The translations under genes and the position numbers were made by a program. Below the pieces are notes generated by a model that was not told the origin of the DNA, searched no databases, and saw only the letters and a list, made by a program, of their open reading frames with translations. 64,000 nucleotides of DNA from Arcobacteraceae bacterium (GTDB taxonomy: Bacteria; Campylobacterota; Campylobacteria; Campylobacterales; Arcobacteraceae): the NCBI GenBank assembly GCA_963662945.1, contig OY759974.1, forward strand, positions 1,312,001 to 1,376,000, written 5' to 3'. Position 1 is the first letter of the stretch, and every line of letters starts with the position of its first letter. Below, in pieces: positions 9,066-18,420 of this stretch.

Positions 9066-9117
9066 AAATTAAATCTCAAAAATAAAATCAATAACCTCAT
9101 TTTTAAAATCTAATCAT

Positions 9118-9143
9118 AAAGCTACACAATTCAGTGTAGCTTT
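9118..9143 (-). terminator. Hairpin after flagellin 2 (weak U-tract)
   Basis: AAAGCTACAC-AATTCA-GTGTAGCTTT. Confidence 0.55.
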
Positions 9144-9154
9144 ACTTTAGAAAA

Positions 9155-10024
9155 CTATTGAAGTAATCTTAAAACATTTTGACTTGTAGCATTAGCTTGA
9201 CTTATTGCATAAGTACCTGCTTGTGCTATAATGTTTTGTTTATTAAAGTTTGCAGATTCTTGTGCATAATCAACATCTCTAATAACTGACTCAGCAGCAA
9301 GAGTATTTGTAACTTGAGTCATCATATTTCTAATGCTTGACTCTAATTGATTTTGAGTAGAACCAACGTCTGCTCTCCATCCATTTAATTGTGTTAATGC
9401 ACTATCAATTTTAGCAATGAATGTTCTTGCGTATGTTTGCCCAGAAGTTGCTCCCATATTTGCAAAACCACTTAAACCAGCTAATTTTAATGCTGACATA
9501 CCATTCAATCCTGTTGTATTTGCATGTACACCAGATGCTAATGAAATTAAGTCAGCTGATGTTGCACCCATTTGGAATGTTAACTTCGCAGCAACTACAC
9601 CAGCACTAGCACCTTCAAGTAATTGAATACCATTGTATGTAGTTTGAGATGCTATATTATCAATTTGATCTAACAATTTATTAATATCTTTACCAATTGC
9701 TTCAATACCATCTGCAGATGTAGTAGCAGTTGCAGCTTGAATTAATTTTTGTTTTACGATATCTAAAATATTAGATGTTTCTGACATCGCTTTATCAGCA
9801 ATTTGTGTTAATGAAACAGCTGAATTACCATTTGCAACAGCTTGATTCAATGAACTAGCTTGTGTTCTTAGTTTATCAGCAATTGCTAAACCAGATGCAT
9901 CATCTGATGCTTTATTAATTCTATAACCTGTAGATAATTTTTCTAGTGAACTAGATATATTATTATTTGTATTTGCATTCGCTTCTTGAGCTATTAGTGA
10001 GCTCACATTTGTATTTATTCTCAT
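9155..10024 (-). CDS. Flagellin 2 (289 aa)
   Basis: Same conserved termini as flagellin 1, different central domain. Confidence 0.97.
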   Translation of the reverse strand: MRINTNVSSLIAQEANANTNNNISSSLEKLSTGYRINKASDDASGLAIADKLRTQASSLNQAVANGNSAVSLTQIADKAMSETSNILDIVKQKLIQAATATTSADGIEAIGKDINKLLDQIDNIASQTTYNGIQLLEGASAGVVAAKLTFQMGATSADLISLASGVHANTTGLNGMSALKLAGLSGFANMGATSGQTYARTFIAKIDSALTQLNGWRADVGSTQNQLESSIRNMMTQVTNTLAAESVIRDVDYAQESANFNKQNIIAQAGTYAISQANATSQNVLRLLQ

Positions 10025-10144
10025 AATTTATCCTTTTAAATTTATGACACATTGTAATCAAATTGATTACGACGAAAAACATTCTCATTCTATCTCTATC
10101 CTGAGCATAGGGACTTTCACCCTTCGGTATCAATTGATACCTAT
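9785..10144. repeat. 360-bp direct repeat, copy B
   Basis: Identical to 8706-9065. Confidence 0.9.
10025..10144 (-). promoter_or_regulatory. Structured flagellin upstream element or leader, copy 2
   Basis: Identical to 8946-9065; preceded on - by TATAAT (10143-10148) and TTTAAG (10171-10176). Confidence 0.7.
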
Positions 10145-10182
10145 TATAATAAAATTATTCCGTAACAATTCTTAAAATTAGT

Positions 10183-10383
10183 TTAATTTAAAGTTTCTTC
10201 TAATTTTTTTATTGTTTCTATAGTTTTAATATTACTATTAACACGTTTTTGCATTGCATGTTTCTTAATATGTTTCGCAAGAATTTTTTTATACTTCATA
10301 TAATTTCTTGAATCTATTTCATATCCACACAATTTCTTTTGAATTTTTAAAATATCACTAGGTATAGAACTCATATTTTCCAT
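10183..10383 (-). CDS. Small basic hypothetical protein (about 66 aa) inside the flagellin array
   Basis: ORF with GGAGG SD before ATG at 10383; Lys-rich SIPSDILKIQKKL...KKILAKHIK. Confidence 0.7.
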   Translation of the reverse strand: MENMSSIPSDILKIQKKLCGYEIDSRNYMKYKKILAKHIKKHAMQKRVNSNIKTIETIKKLEETLN

Positions 10384-10449
10384 TTTACCCTCCAAGATAT
10401 TAAAATTATTACATAACATTTCTTAAATTTAGATTAATTTTAAGAAAGT

Positions 10450-10488
10450 TATAAAAAAACCTAAGCTATTACACTTAGGTTTTTTATA
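10450..10488 (-). terminator. Intrinsic (bidirectional-type) terminator after flagellin 3
   Basis: AAAAAAACCTAAG-CTATTACA-CTTAGGTTTTTT. Confidence 0.75.
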
Positions 10489-10500
10489 TACTAATAAAAT

Positions 10501-11382
10501 CTACTGTAATAATCTTAAAACATTTTGTTGTACATTATTAGCTTGACTTATTGCATAAGTACCTGCTTGAGATATTATATTTTGTTTATTAAAATTTGCA
10601 GATTCTTGTGCATAATCAACATCTCTAATAACTGACTCAGCAGCTTTTGTATTAGTTACTTGAGTCATCATATTTCTAATACTTGACTCTAATTGATTTT
10701 GAGTAGAACCAATATCTGCTCTCCATCCATTTAATTGTGTTAATGCACTATCTATTGATGAAATATATGCTCTTGCAATCGCTTGAGCTGATGCTGCTGT
10801 TGTAGTCGCAGCTGCAAGAAATGCACTTCCTGCTTTAATCATTAGTGCTGACATTTTGTTTAATCCAGTTGTATTAGCTTGTACTCCTGAACCTAATGTA
10901 ATTAAATCAGCTGAAGTAGTACCCATTTGGAATGTTAATTTTACTGATGCACTTGCACCAGCTGCACTTCTTTGTAGCAAAGAAATCCCATTATACGTAG
11001 TTTGTGAAGCTATATTATTAACTTGTTCCAATAGTTTTTTAATATCTTTACCAATTGCTTCAATACCATCTAATGATGTTGTAGCTGTCGATGCCTGAAT
11101 TAATTTTTGTTTTACGATATCTAAAATATTAGATGTTTCTGCCATCGCTTTATCAGCAATTTGAAGCAATGAAACAGCTGAATTACCATTTGCAACAGCT
11201 TGATTTAATCCACTTGCTTGTGTTCTTAGTTTATCAGCAATTGATAAACCAGATGCATCATCTGATGCTTTATTTATTTTAAGACCAGTAGATAACTTTT
11301 CTAAAGAATTAGAAAGAGTAACATTTGTTTGTGCATTTGCTTCAAGTGCAGTAAGTGAAGAAACATTTGTATTGATTCTCAT
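10501..11382 (-). CDS. Flagellin 3 (293 aa)
   Basis: Flagellin N- and C-terminal motifs; termini differ from flagellins 1 and 2. Confidence 0.97.
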   Translation of the reverse strand: MRINTNVSSLTALEANAQTNVTLSNSLEKLSTGLKINKASDDASGLSIADKLRTQASGLNQAVANGNSAVSLLQIADKAMAETSNILDIVKQKLIQASTATTSLDGIEAIGKDIKKLLEQVNNIASQTTYNGISLLQRSAAGASASVKLTFQMGTTSADLITLGSGVQANTTGLNKMSALMIKAGSAFLAAATTTAASAQAIARAYISSIDSALTQLNGWRADIGSTQNQLESSIRNMMTQVTNTKAAESVIRDVDYAQESANFNKQNIISQAGTYAISQANNVQQNVLRLLQ

Positions 11383-11510
11383 AATTTATCCTTATTTCCA
11401 ATAGGTTGTATATGTTTTATTGACACATTATATTTGAACAAATCTTAATTTAAGCTTAAATGTATAGCTTTTAATGACCTTTATTCCCTTTATTTATGGG
11501 ATTTGTATTC

Positions 11511-11554
11511 CAATTCTTAATTTGAGATTAACAATAATCTTAAATTAAGAATTG
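11511..11554. repeat. 20-bp inverted repeat (1 mismatch) between hom and flagellin 3
   Basis: CAATTCTTAATTTGAGATTA-ACAA-TAATCTTAAATTAAGAATTG. Confidence 0.8.
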
Positions 11555-11580
11555 TAAATCACTATAATTCTACCTTATAA

Positions 11581-12849
11581 TTAATCTTCGATTCGAATCA
11601 TGATAGGTGTAGTTTTTACAACTCCTGAATCTTCCAATTTTTTTAATGCAATTTTAATATCTGATTCTTTACACACATGTGTTGATAAAAGTAAACTAGC
11701 ACTTTGATCATTTTGTTCTTTTTGTATCATTGTTTTTATAGAAATATCTTGTTCTCCAAGTATTGTTGCTACTTTTGCCAATACTCCACTTTTATCTTCT
11801 ACATTTAACCTTATGTAATACTTTGTATAAATATCATCACTTGATGCTAGTGTTAAACTACCTGTTTCCATAGGTTTTGTAAATCCTAACATTGGCGAAC
11901 CTTTTCCTCGCCGTGCGATATCTACAAGATTTGCTATTACTGCACTAGCTGTTGCATCTCCTCCAGCTCCTGGTCCTATATAAAGAGTTTCGCCTACTTT
12001 ATCACCTAAAACACTAATTCCATTCATCACACCATCAACTTTTGCTATCATATCTTGATTACTAATTAATGCTGGGTGAACTCTTAATTCAACTTTACCA
12101 TCTTTGTTTTTCTGAGCTATTGCTAAAAGTTTAATTGAATAATTTTGTTCTCTTGCAAAATAGATATCATCTGCAGAAATATTTTCAATCCCTTCTATAA
12201 GAATATCTTCCGGTTTAGCATCTATCCCATAAGCAATACTTGCTAAAATTAGAAGTTTATGTGCTGCATCAAAACCACCAACATCAAATGTTGGATCTGC
12301 TTCGGCATATCCTAACTCTTGTGCTTCTTTCAAAACATCTTCGTAAGCAATACCCTCATTAATCATCTTAGTTAACATATAATTACAAGTACCATTTAAA
12401 ATACCCCAAATAGAAACGATATGATTTGCACTTAAACCATCCCTTAAAGCATTAATTATAGGAATTCCTCCAGCAACTGCCGCCTCAAATTCAAATGGAG
12501 TATTTCCTGCACACTCCTGTAGCTCATATCTATGATAAGCCAAAAGTGCTTTATTTGCTGTTACTACTGCTTTTCCTTTTTCAAGAGCTTTTTTTACTAC
12601 TGCATAAGGTTTTTCAACACCACCCATAAGTTCTACTACAATATCAATTGAATCATCATCTAAGATATCATCTGGGTTATCGGTAATTTTTATAGATACA
12701 TCTCTTTTTTTAGAAAGATTATTTACAACACCCGCAACAGGAACAATTTCAACTCCTGCACGTGCTGTAATAATATCTTTATTATCTTCTAAAATTTGGC
12801 ATACGCTTGTACCTACAGTTCCAACTCCAATGATACCTACTTTTAACAT
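11581..12849 (-). CDS. hom: Homoserine dehydrogenase with C-terminal ACT domain
   Basis: GIIGVGTVG, VVELMGG, VVTANKA, EAAVAGGIP, GYAEADPTFDV. Confidence 0.95.
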   Translation of the reverse strand: MLKVGIIGVGTVGTSVCQILEDNKDIITARAGVEIVPVAGVVNNLSKKRDVSIKITDNPDDILDDDSIDIVVELMGGVEKPYAVVKKALEKGKAVVTANKALLAYHRYELQECAGNTPFEFEAAVAGGIPIINALRDGLSANHIVSIWGILNGTCNYMLTKMINEGIAYEDVLKEAQELGYAEADPTFDVGGFDAAHKLLILASIAYGIDAKPEDILIEGIENISADDIYFAREQNYSIKLLAIAQKNKDGKVELRVHPALISNQDMIAKVDGVMNGISVLGDKVGETLYIGPGAGGDATASAVIANLVDIARRGKGSPMLGFTKPMETGSLTLASSDDIYTKYYIRLNVEDKSGVLAKVATILGEQDISIKTMIQKEQNDQSASLLLSTHVCKESDIKIALKKLEDSGVVKTTPIMIRIED

Positions 12850-14094
12850 TTATTTTTCCTCATCCTCTGATTCTGGAATTTCACATCCATCATATTGTTT
12901 TAAAAATCTTTTTATATTCTTTGCAGCTTGTCTAATTCTCTTATCATTTTCAATTAATGCAATTCTTACGTAGCCTTCACCATAATCACCAAAACCAATA
13001 CCTGGTGCAACTGCAACATCTGCTTCCACTAATAGTTTTTTAGAGAATTCTAAACTTCCAAGATGTTCTACACATTTTGGTATTTTTGCCCATACAAACA
13101 TACTTGCTTTATTTTTTCGCAAAGGCCATCCAGCATTGTTAAAAGCCTCAATAAGTACATCTTGCCGATGATCATATTTATCTATAATATCCTTTACACA
13201 TTGTTGATCTCCATTAAGGGCAACTGTCGCTGCTACTTGAATAGGAGTAAACATCCCATAATCAAGCCAAGATTTAATTTTTTGTAAAGCTCCTATAAGC
13301 TTTTTATTCCCAACAAAGAAACCAACTCTCCATCCAGCCATATTATATGATTTACTCAATGTAAAACTTTCAACCGCCACATCAAGTGCCCCTGGCACCT
13401 CAAGGATTGAAGGAGTTTTGTATCCATCAAAAGTGATATCACCATAGGCAATATCCGAAATTACATAAAATCTCTCTTTTTTTGCCATCGCCACAAGTCT
13501 TACATAAAAATCTGGAGTCACTGTCGCCGTACTTGGATTATGCGGAAAATTTACTACTACATATTTTGGTTTTGGACTTGCTTCTTTAAAAACTCTCTCT
13601 AAATCTTTAAAAAATTGATCTTCATCAACATTATAGTCCTCATCAAATACTAATCCAAATTTATGGACATTTCCTCCTGCTAATATAAACGCATAAGAGT
13701 GTATTGGATATGTTGGATCTGGTACCACTGCCACATCCCCTGGATTAGTAATAGCATACGCAAGATGTGCATATCCCTCTTTACTCCCAATCGTTGCCAC
13801 ACATTGAGTTTGTGGATCCACAATTACATTGTATTTTCGTTTATACCAATCTGCTATTGCTTGTAAAAGTTTAGGAATCCCTTTTGAGGAAGAGTATCCA
13901 TGCGTTTTTGTTTTTTGCGCAGATTCTACTAATTTTTCACGAATATGCTCTGGAGTATCTCCATCAGGATTTCCCATAGAAAAATCAATTACATCATGCC
14001 CTGCTCTTCTTTGAGCCATTTTTAACTCATTTACTTCTGCAAACACATATTTTGGTAATCTTTCAATTCTATCAAACTTTATCTCATCAAACAT
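12850..14094 (-). CDS. Class I PLP aminotransferase (AlaC/LL-DAP aminotransferase-like)
   Basis: DFSMGNPD, NFPHNPS, SDIAY, TLSKSYNMAGWRVG. Confidence 0.85.
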   Translation of the reverse strand: MFDEIKFDRIERLPKYVFAEVNELKMAQRRAGHDVIDFSMGNPDGDTPEHIREKLVESAQKTKTHGYSSSKGIPKLLQAIADWYKRKYNVIVDPQTQCVATIGSKEGYAHLAYAITNPGDVAVVPDPTYPIHSYAFILAGGNVHKFGLVFDEDYNVDEDQFFKDLERVFKEASPKPKYVVVNFPHNPSTATVTPDFYVRLVAMAKKERFYVISDIAYGDITFDGYKTPSILEVPGALDVAVESFTLSKSYNMAGWRVGFFVGNKKLIGALQKIKSWLDYGMFTPIQVAATVALNGDQQCVKDIIDKYDHRQDVLIEAFNNAGWPLRKNKASMFVWAKIPKCVEHLGSLEFSKKLLVEADVAVAPGIGFGDYGEGYVRIALIENDKRIRQAAKNIKRFLKQYDGCEIPESEDEEK

Positions 14095-14113
14095 TGTTTC
14101 TCCTTTATCTTAC

Positions 14114-14929
14114 TCATCTAACTATGATGGTAAGTCCCCTTTTAATATTAATTAAATTATAAAGGTCTGTAACCTTTACATATCTCGTACCTTCTGGTAC
14201 TTTTGTTTTTATCCCTTTATACTCTCTATCTTTTTTAATTACACCTAATACTTGTAAATCTTTATCAAAAAAGACAATATGAGGATACCAATTATTTAAA
14301 TTTCTACTAATTACTTGTAATTCTTTTATATCATCAACTTGTAAAAAAAATGCTCTTAAAGGCTTTTGAAACCTTACTTTTTCATTTTTTTCTATCTTTA
14401 TAGCTTTGCTTAATCTTGAATTATCAAACTCTATTTCATAATACCAATTATTAGCATCTTTTACGACTAAATCATTTACTCTACAATTATTCAGTCGTAA
14501 CTCTTTTATAAAGATAACTGGATCTAACATATATTCAGCTTTAAATACTACATTCCACAATAATTCGTCTTGTGTATTTAAACTCATACTACTTGTAAAA
14601 AAATATCTATAACCAAGTGATTGTAAAGTATCATTTAATATTTTATAGGCTTTAATGTTCTTACCTAACATTTTAAATTCTATTTTTATATCCGTAGGTT
14701 GGTTTAATCGTAAATTTAAAAGTCCATTTTGTTGTAATACCTCAAAAAGCTTAAGATATTCTATTTTATCATTATGCAAAAATTTTTTTTCATCTTTCAA
14801 TAAAAGTTCAATAAGACCTTTATGTACTTGAAAATTTTGATTTCCAACAATCGATTGCACTTTTTCTTCTAATAAAGTTGCATTAAGCGTTAATGATAAT
14901 ATAAATGAATAGACTAATATTTTAAACAT
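14114..14929 (-). CDS. Hypothetical exported protein
   Basis: Signal peptide MFKILVYSFILSLTLNA; in an operon with its neighbours. Confidence 0.7.
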   Translation of the reverse strand: MFKILVYSFILSLTLNATLLEEKVQSIVGNQNFQVHKGLIELLLKDEKKFLHNDKIEYLKLFEVLQQNGLLNLRLNQPTDIKIEFKMLGKNIKAYKILNDTLQSLGYRYFFTSSMSLNTQDELLWNVVFKAEYMLDPVIFIKELRLNNCRVNDLVVKDANNWYYEIEFDNSRLSKAIKIEKNEKVRFQKPLRAFFLQVDDIKELQVISRNLNNWYPHIVFFDKDLQVLGVIKKDREYKGIKTKVPEGTRYVKVTDLYNLINIKRGLTIIVR

Positions 14930-14932
14930 TTT

Positions 14933-15616
14933 CTATTTTAACTCATAAATTAATATGCCAGCTGCCACGGATACATTTAAACTATCAAAATTATTTTCCA
15001 TATTTATTGATACTTTTAAATCAAGTTTTTTCTTTAATTTATTTGATAGTCCTTCAGATTCATTTCCTAAAAATAATGCGGTTTTTTGACCACTTTCTCT
15101 AGTTATAGATTTTACTTCATATCCATCCATATCAGCACCAACAAGACTAAATCCAACTTGTTTTAACTCATTTGCAAGATCATAACTACTTTGTGTAGTT
15201 GCTACTGGCATATCAAGCATTGCTCCACTACTAGTACGAATAACTGGTGCTGCATTAAAGTTTTTTAAACCACATACAACTACACTATCCACACCCAGTG
15301 CATAACAAGTTCTTACAATTGCCCCAATGTTTCCAACATCGCTTAATCCATCAAGAACAACTATAAATTCACCTTGTTTTATATCTTTTATTTGAGTAAA
15401 TTCAAACTCTTCAATATCTAGCAAAAATCCTTGATGGTTTCCACCACGAGCCAAACTTTGTGCTTTTTTACTGTCAGGTCTTATTATCTTTACACCAATA
15501 TCCATAAATTTTTTAAACAGTTTTGGTTCTATCTCTTTTGTTAAATAGATCTGTTTTATCAATTTTGGATGATGTTCTAAAATATAAAATACTATTTGTT
15601 TTCCGTATACTATCAT
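14933..15616 (-). CDS. rlmB: TrmH/SpoU family 23S rRNA methyltransferase (RlmB-like)
   Basis: GGNHQG, LDGLSDVGNIGAIVRT, LGNESEGL, FDSLNVSVAAGI. Confidence 0.85.
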   Translation of the reverse strand: MIVYGKQIVFYILEHHPKLIKQIYLTKEIEPKLFKKFMDIGVKIIRPDSKKAQSLARGGNHQGFLLDIEEFEFTQIKDIKQGEFIVVLDGLSDVGNIGAIVRTCYALGVDSVVVCGLKNFNAAPVIRTSSGAMLDMPVATTQSSYDLANELKQVGFSLVGADMDGYEVKSITRESGQKTALFLGNESEGLSNKLKKKLDLKVSINMENNFDSLNVSVAAGILIYELK

Positions 15617-15671
15617 CTTGGGATTTTATCAAAATACAACTTAAATGTTGTATTGATTTTTGTAGTTTATT

Positions 15672-16073
15672 TTATTGGCACTTTTTACAAGTTCCAGAGA
15701 TAACAACATCACTTTGAGATACTGTAAAATCGTATTTTTTTGCAATATCTCTAGTAATATTTTCTGTCTCTACTTGTATATCTATAACTTCTCCACAAGA
15801 ATTACATAAAAGATGTGAATGTTCCTCTTTTATAATCTCATATACTGACTTTTCATTTGGTAATTTTACCTCTTGTAAAAGTAAGTTTTTTGTCATCGCG
15901 TTTATATTCTTATATATAGTTGCTAGGGAAATTGAATCAAACTTTTGTTTAACCTCATCATAAAGTTTGTCAATATTAATGTGTCCATATAAAAATATAC
16001 TCTCTAAGATAGCTAACCTTTGTGGGGTTGCTTTTAAATGGTGTTCTCTTAATATATTTGTAAAATCTTTCAT
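15672..16073 (-). CDS. perR: Fur-family regulator, PerR-like
   Basis: LKATPQRLAIL, SLATIYKN, HSHLLCNSC, CKKC; divergent from peroxide-defence genes. Confidence 0.75.
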   Translation of the reverse strand: MKDFTNILREHHLKATPQRLAILESIFLYGHINIDKLYDEVKQKFDSISLATIYKNINAMTKNLLLQEVKLPNEKSVYEIIKEEHSHLLCNSCGEVIDIQVETENITRDIAKKYDFTVSQSDVVISGTCKKCQ

Positions 16074-16116
16074 AATGTTATTATACTGTAACTTTTCTAT
16101 AATTTTATTTTTAATT

Positions 16117-16132
16117 AATAATAATTATTATT
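16117..16132. promoter_or_regulatory. Candidate Per/Fur box
   Basis: Perfect palindrome AATAATAATTATTATT in the perR / ferritin-like divergent spacer. Confidence 0.55.
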
Positions 16133-16224
16133 TACATATTTCATTTTATTTTTATATAAGATTTATTGCCCTACAATTTCTTTATGGAAAAAAATTATCC
16201 ATTAGAAAATCAAAAGGAGACATT

Positions 16225-16740
16225 ATGGCTAGAGTTGGCAATTCAATAATCAAAGGATTAGAGATACAAGAGATTATAAATCTTTTGAATAAAGCTTATG
16301 CAGATGAGTGGTTAGCATACTATCAATATTTTATTGAGGGTAAAGTTGTAAAAGGTATAATGAAAGATGCAGCAATTGCAGAGCTTACACAACATGCGAC
16401 AGATGAACTAAGACATGCTAATATGATTGCAGATAGGATTTTACAACTTGGTGGAACACCTTTACTGCACCCCAATGACTGGATGAAATACACAAATTGT
16501 GGTTATGAAGCTCCAAATAATTTTGATGTAGTAAGTATTTTAAATGATGCTATCAAAGGGGAACAATGTGCTATTAAAACTTATAGTAGTATAGTTGATC
16601 TTACAAAAGATAAAGATATTGTGACTTATGATATAGTAAGTCAAATACTTGCCGATGAAGTAGAACATGAGGAAGATTTACAAGCTCTTCATGATGATAT
16701 TACAGAATTTGTCAATGATTTGAAAAAAAATATGCAATAA
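16225..16740 (+). CDS. DpsL / bacterioferritin-like di-iron protein (171 aa; true start after AAGGAG SD)
   Basis: LNKAYADEWLAYYQY, DELRHA, RILQLGGTP, EQCAI, ADEVEHEEDL; the longer ORF-track start runs into perR. Confidence 0.85.
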   Translation: MARVGNSIIKGLEIQEIINLLNKAYADEWLAYYQYFIEGKVVKGIMKDAAIAELTQHATDELRHANMIADRILQLGGTPLLHPNDWMKYTNCGYEAPNNFDVVSILNDAIKGEQCAIKTYSSIVDLTKDKDIVTYDIVSQILADEVEHEEDLQALHDDITEFVNDLKKNMQ

Positions 16741-16756
16741 ACAAAAGGAAAAATAG

Positions 16757-17416
16757 ATGAAAAAATATGAAACGTATAAATGTCCTAAGTGTGGAAATGA
16801 AGTTGAATTACAAGTAGTTGGTGGTGGGAAGCTAGTTTGTTGTGGTGTACCTATGGAATGTATCACAGAAAATCTTACCGCTGTTAATCTAATGAAAGCT
16901 TTTGCAGGAGAATCTCAAGCAAGAAATAAATATGAATTTTTTGCAGATATAGCTTTCGAAGAGGGTTATCACAGAATTGCAAGATTTTTACAAGAAGCCG
17001 CTGACAATGAAAAATACCACGCAATGGCAGAATATACAGCATATAACAAATTAGTACATGATTTTGAATTTGATTCAACAGCTAAAAACCTTGTTTATGC
17101 AGCTGAAGGTGAGAAATATGAGCATGAAATTATGTATCCTGAATTTGAAGAGATTGCAAAAGAAGAAGGATTAAAAGAGATTGCAAGAATGTTTAAAGCA
17201 ATTGGGAAAGTTGAAGTTGAGCATGAAAAAGAATATAGAGAATTACTTGAAGAATTAGAAAAAGAAGGATTCTTTGGCAGCGATGAAGATGAAGAATGGG
17301 TTTGTGAAGTGTGTGGTCACGTACACAAAGGGAAAAAACCTCCAGGGGCCTGTCCATTATGTAAAGTAGATAAAGAATACTTCAAAAAAAGATCAAAAGA
17401 TGTAACAATAGGGTAA
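16757..17416 (+). CDS. Desulforubrerythrin (desulforedoxin-rubrerythrin-rubredoxin fusion, Rrc-like)
   Basis: N-terminal CPKC...CCG, KAFAGESQARNKY, EKYH and EVEH di-iron motifs, C-terminal CEVC...CPLC. Confidence 0.9.
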   Translation: MKKYETYKCPKCGNEVELQVVGGGKLVCCGVPMECITENLTAVNLMKAFAGESQARNKYEFFADIAFEEGYHRIARFLQEAADNEKYHAMAEYTAYNKLVHDFEFDSTAKNLVYAAEGEKYEHEIMYPEFEEIAKEEGLKEIARMFKAIGKVEVEHEKEYRELLEELEKEGFFGSDEDEEWVCEVCGHVHKGKKPPGACPLCKVDKEYFKKRSKDVTIG

Positions 17417-17453
17417 TAACTTTTACTCAATAATCACTGTAAAGGTGCTATAA

Positions 17454-18299
17454 ATGGAAAATTTAACTTTAAACAATTATCTAATAGCATTTTTACTGAC
17501 ACTTTTTGCAGGACTTAGCACTAGTATTGGTGCTATACTTGCATTTTTTTCAAAAGAAAAAAATTATACTGTTCTATCTATAGGTATGGGATTCTCTGCT
17601 GGCGTTATGATATATGTTTCTTTTATAGAGATACTAAAAAAATCACAAGATGCCTTTACCTCTATATTTCAAAATGAAATTACAGGGGAAACTGTAGCCC
17701 TTATTTGTTTTTTTCTTGGAATAGGACTTAGTGCTTTAATAGATAGGCTTATCCCTGATGATGTAAATCCTCATGAAACAAAAAGCTATAAAGAACTTCA
17801 AGAACTAAAACCTCATAATAAAAACTCTGTACTAAAAAATAGCTCTTTACACAGAACTGGTATTTTTACAGCACTTGCTATTGGAATACATAATTTTCCA
17901 GAAGGATTTGCAACTTTTATATCAGCACTTGATAATATTACTTTAGGAATAACTATAGCCCTTGCTATTGCAATCCATAATATACCTGAAGGTATGGCCG
18001 TTTCTTTGCCTATTTACCATGCAACAGGGAATAAGAAAAAAGCATTCTGGTATGCGACACTTTCAGGCTTGGCAGAACCAATTGGAGCATTATTAGGATT
18101 TTTTTTATTATTACCTATTATGGGAGAAGCAACTCTAGGAATTACCTTTGGTGTAGTTGCAGGTATTATGATATATATCTCTTTTGATGAACTTTTACCT
18201 TCTGCTAGAGTTTATGGAAATGCCCATACAACTATTTTAGGATTAGTATTGGGTATGTTAATAATGGCAAGTAGCTTAATTCTCTTCAAATTTATTTGA
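17454..18299 (+). CDS. zupT: ZIP-family metal transporter
   Basis: GFSAGVMIYVSF, AIGIHNFPEG, IHNIPEG, SGLAEPIGA. Confidence 0.92.
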   Translation: MENLTLNNYLIAFLLTLFAGLSTSIGAILAFFSKEKNYTVLSIGMGFSAGVMIYVSFIEILKKSQDAFTSIFQNEITGETVALICFFLGIGLSALIDRLIPDDVNPHETKSYKELQELKPHNKNSVLKNSSLHRTGIFTALAIGIHNFPEGFATFISALDNITLGITIALAIAIHNIPEGMAVSLPIYHATGNKKKAFWYATLSGLAEPIGALLGFFLLLPIMGEATLGITFGVVAGIMIYISFDELLPSARVYGNAHTTILGLVLGMLIMASSLILFKFI

Positions 18300-18420
18300 A
18301 ATTTCTATATAAAAATATTATAAAATGAATCTTAAAGGAAAAAGTTTATTACTTAATTATGTGTTAACTTAAACTTTTTTCGTTACAATTCTCAAAATAA
18401 AAATTTAAAAGGAAATAAAT

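Noticed and set aside
8058-11382. CRISPR array or IS-related repeats
   Set aside because: The repeats are paralogous flagellin segments; there is no repeat-spacer periodicity, cas gene or transposase
15967-16224. 86-aa N-terminal extension on the ferritin-like ORF
   Set aside because: Overlaps perR antisense and the AT-rich promoter; a strong SD points to ATG 16225
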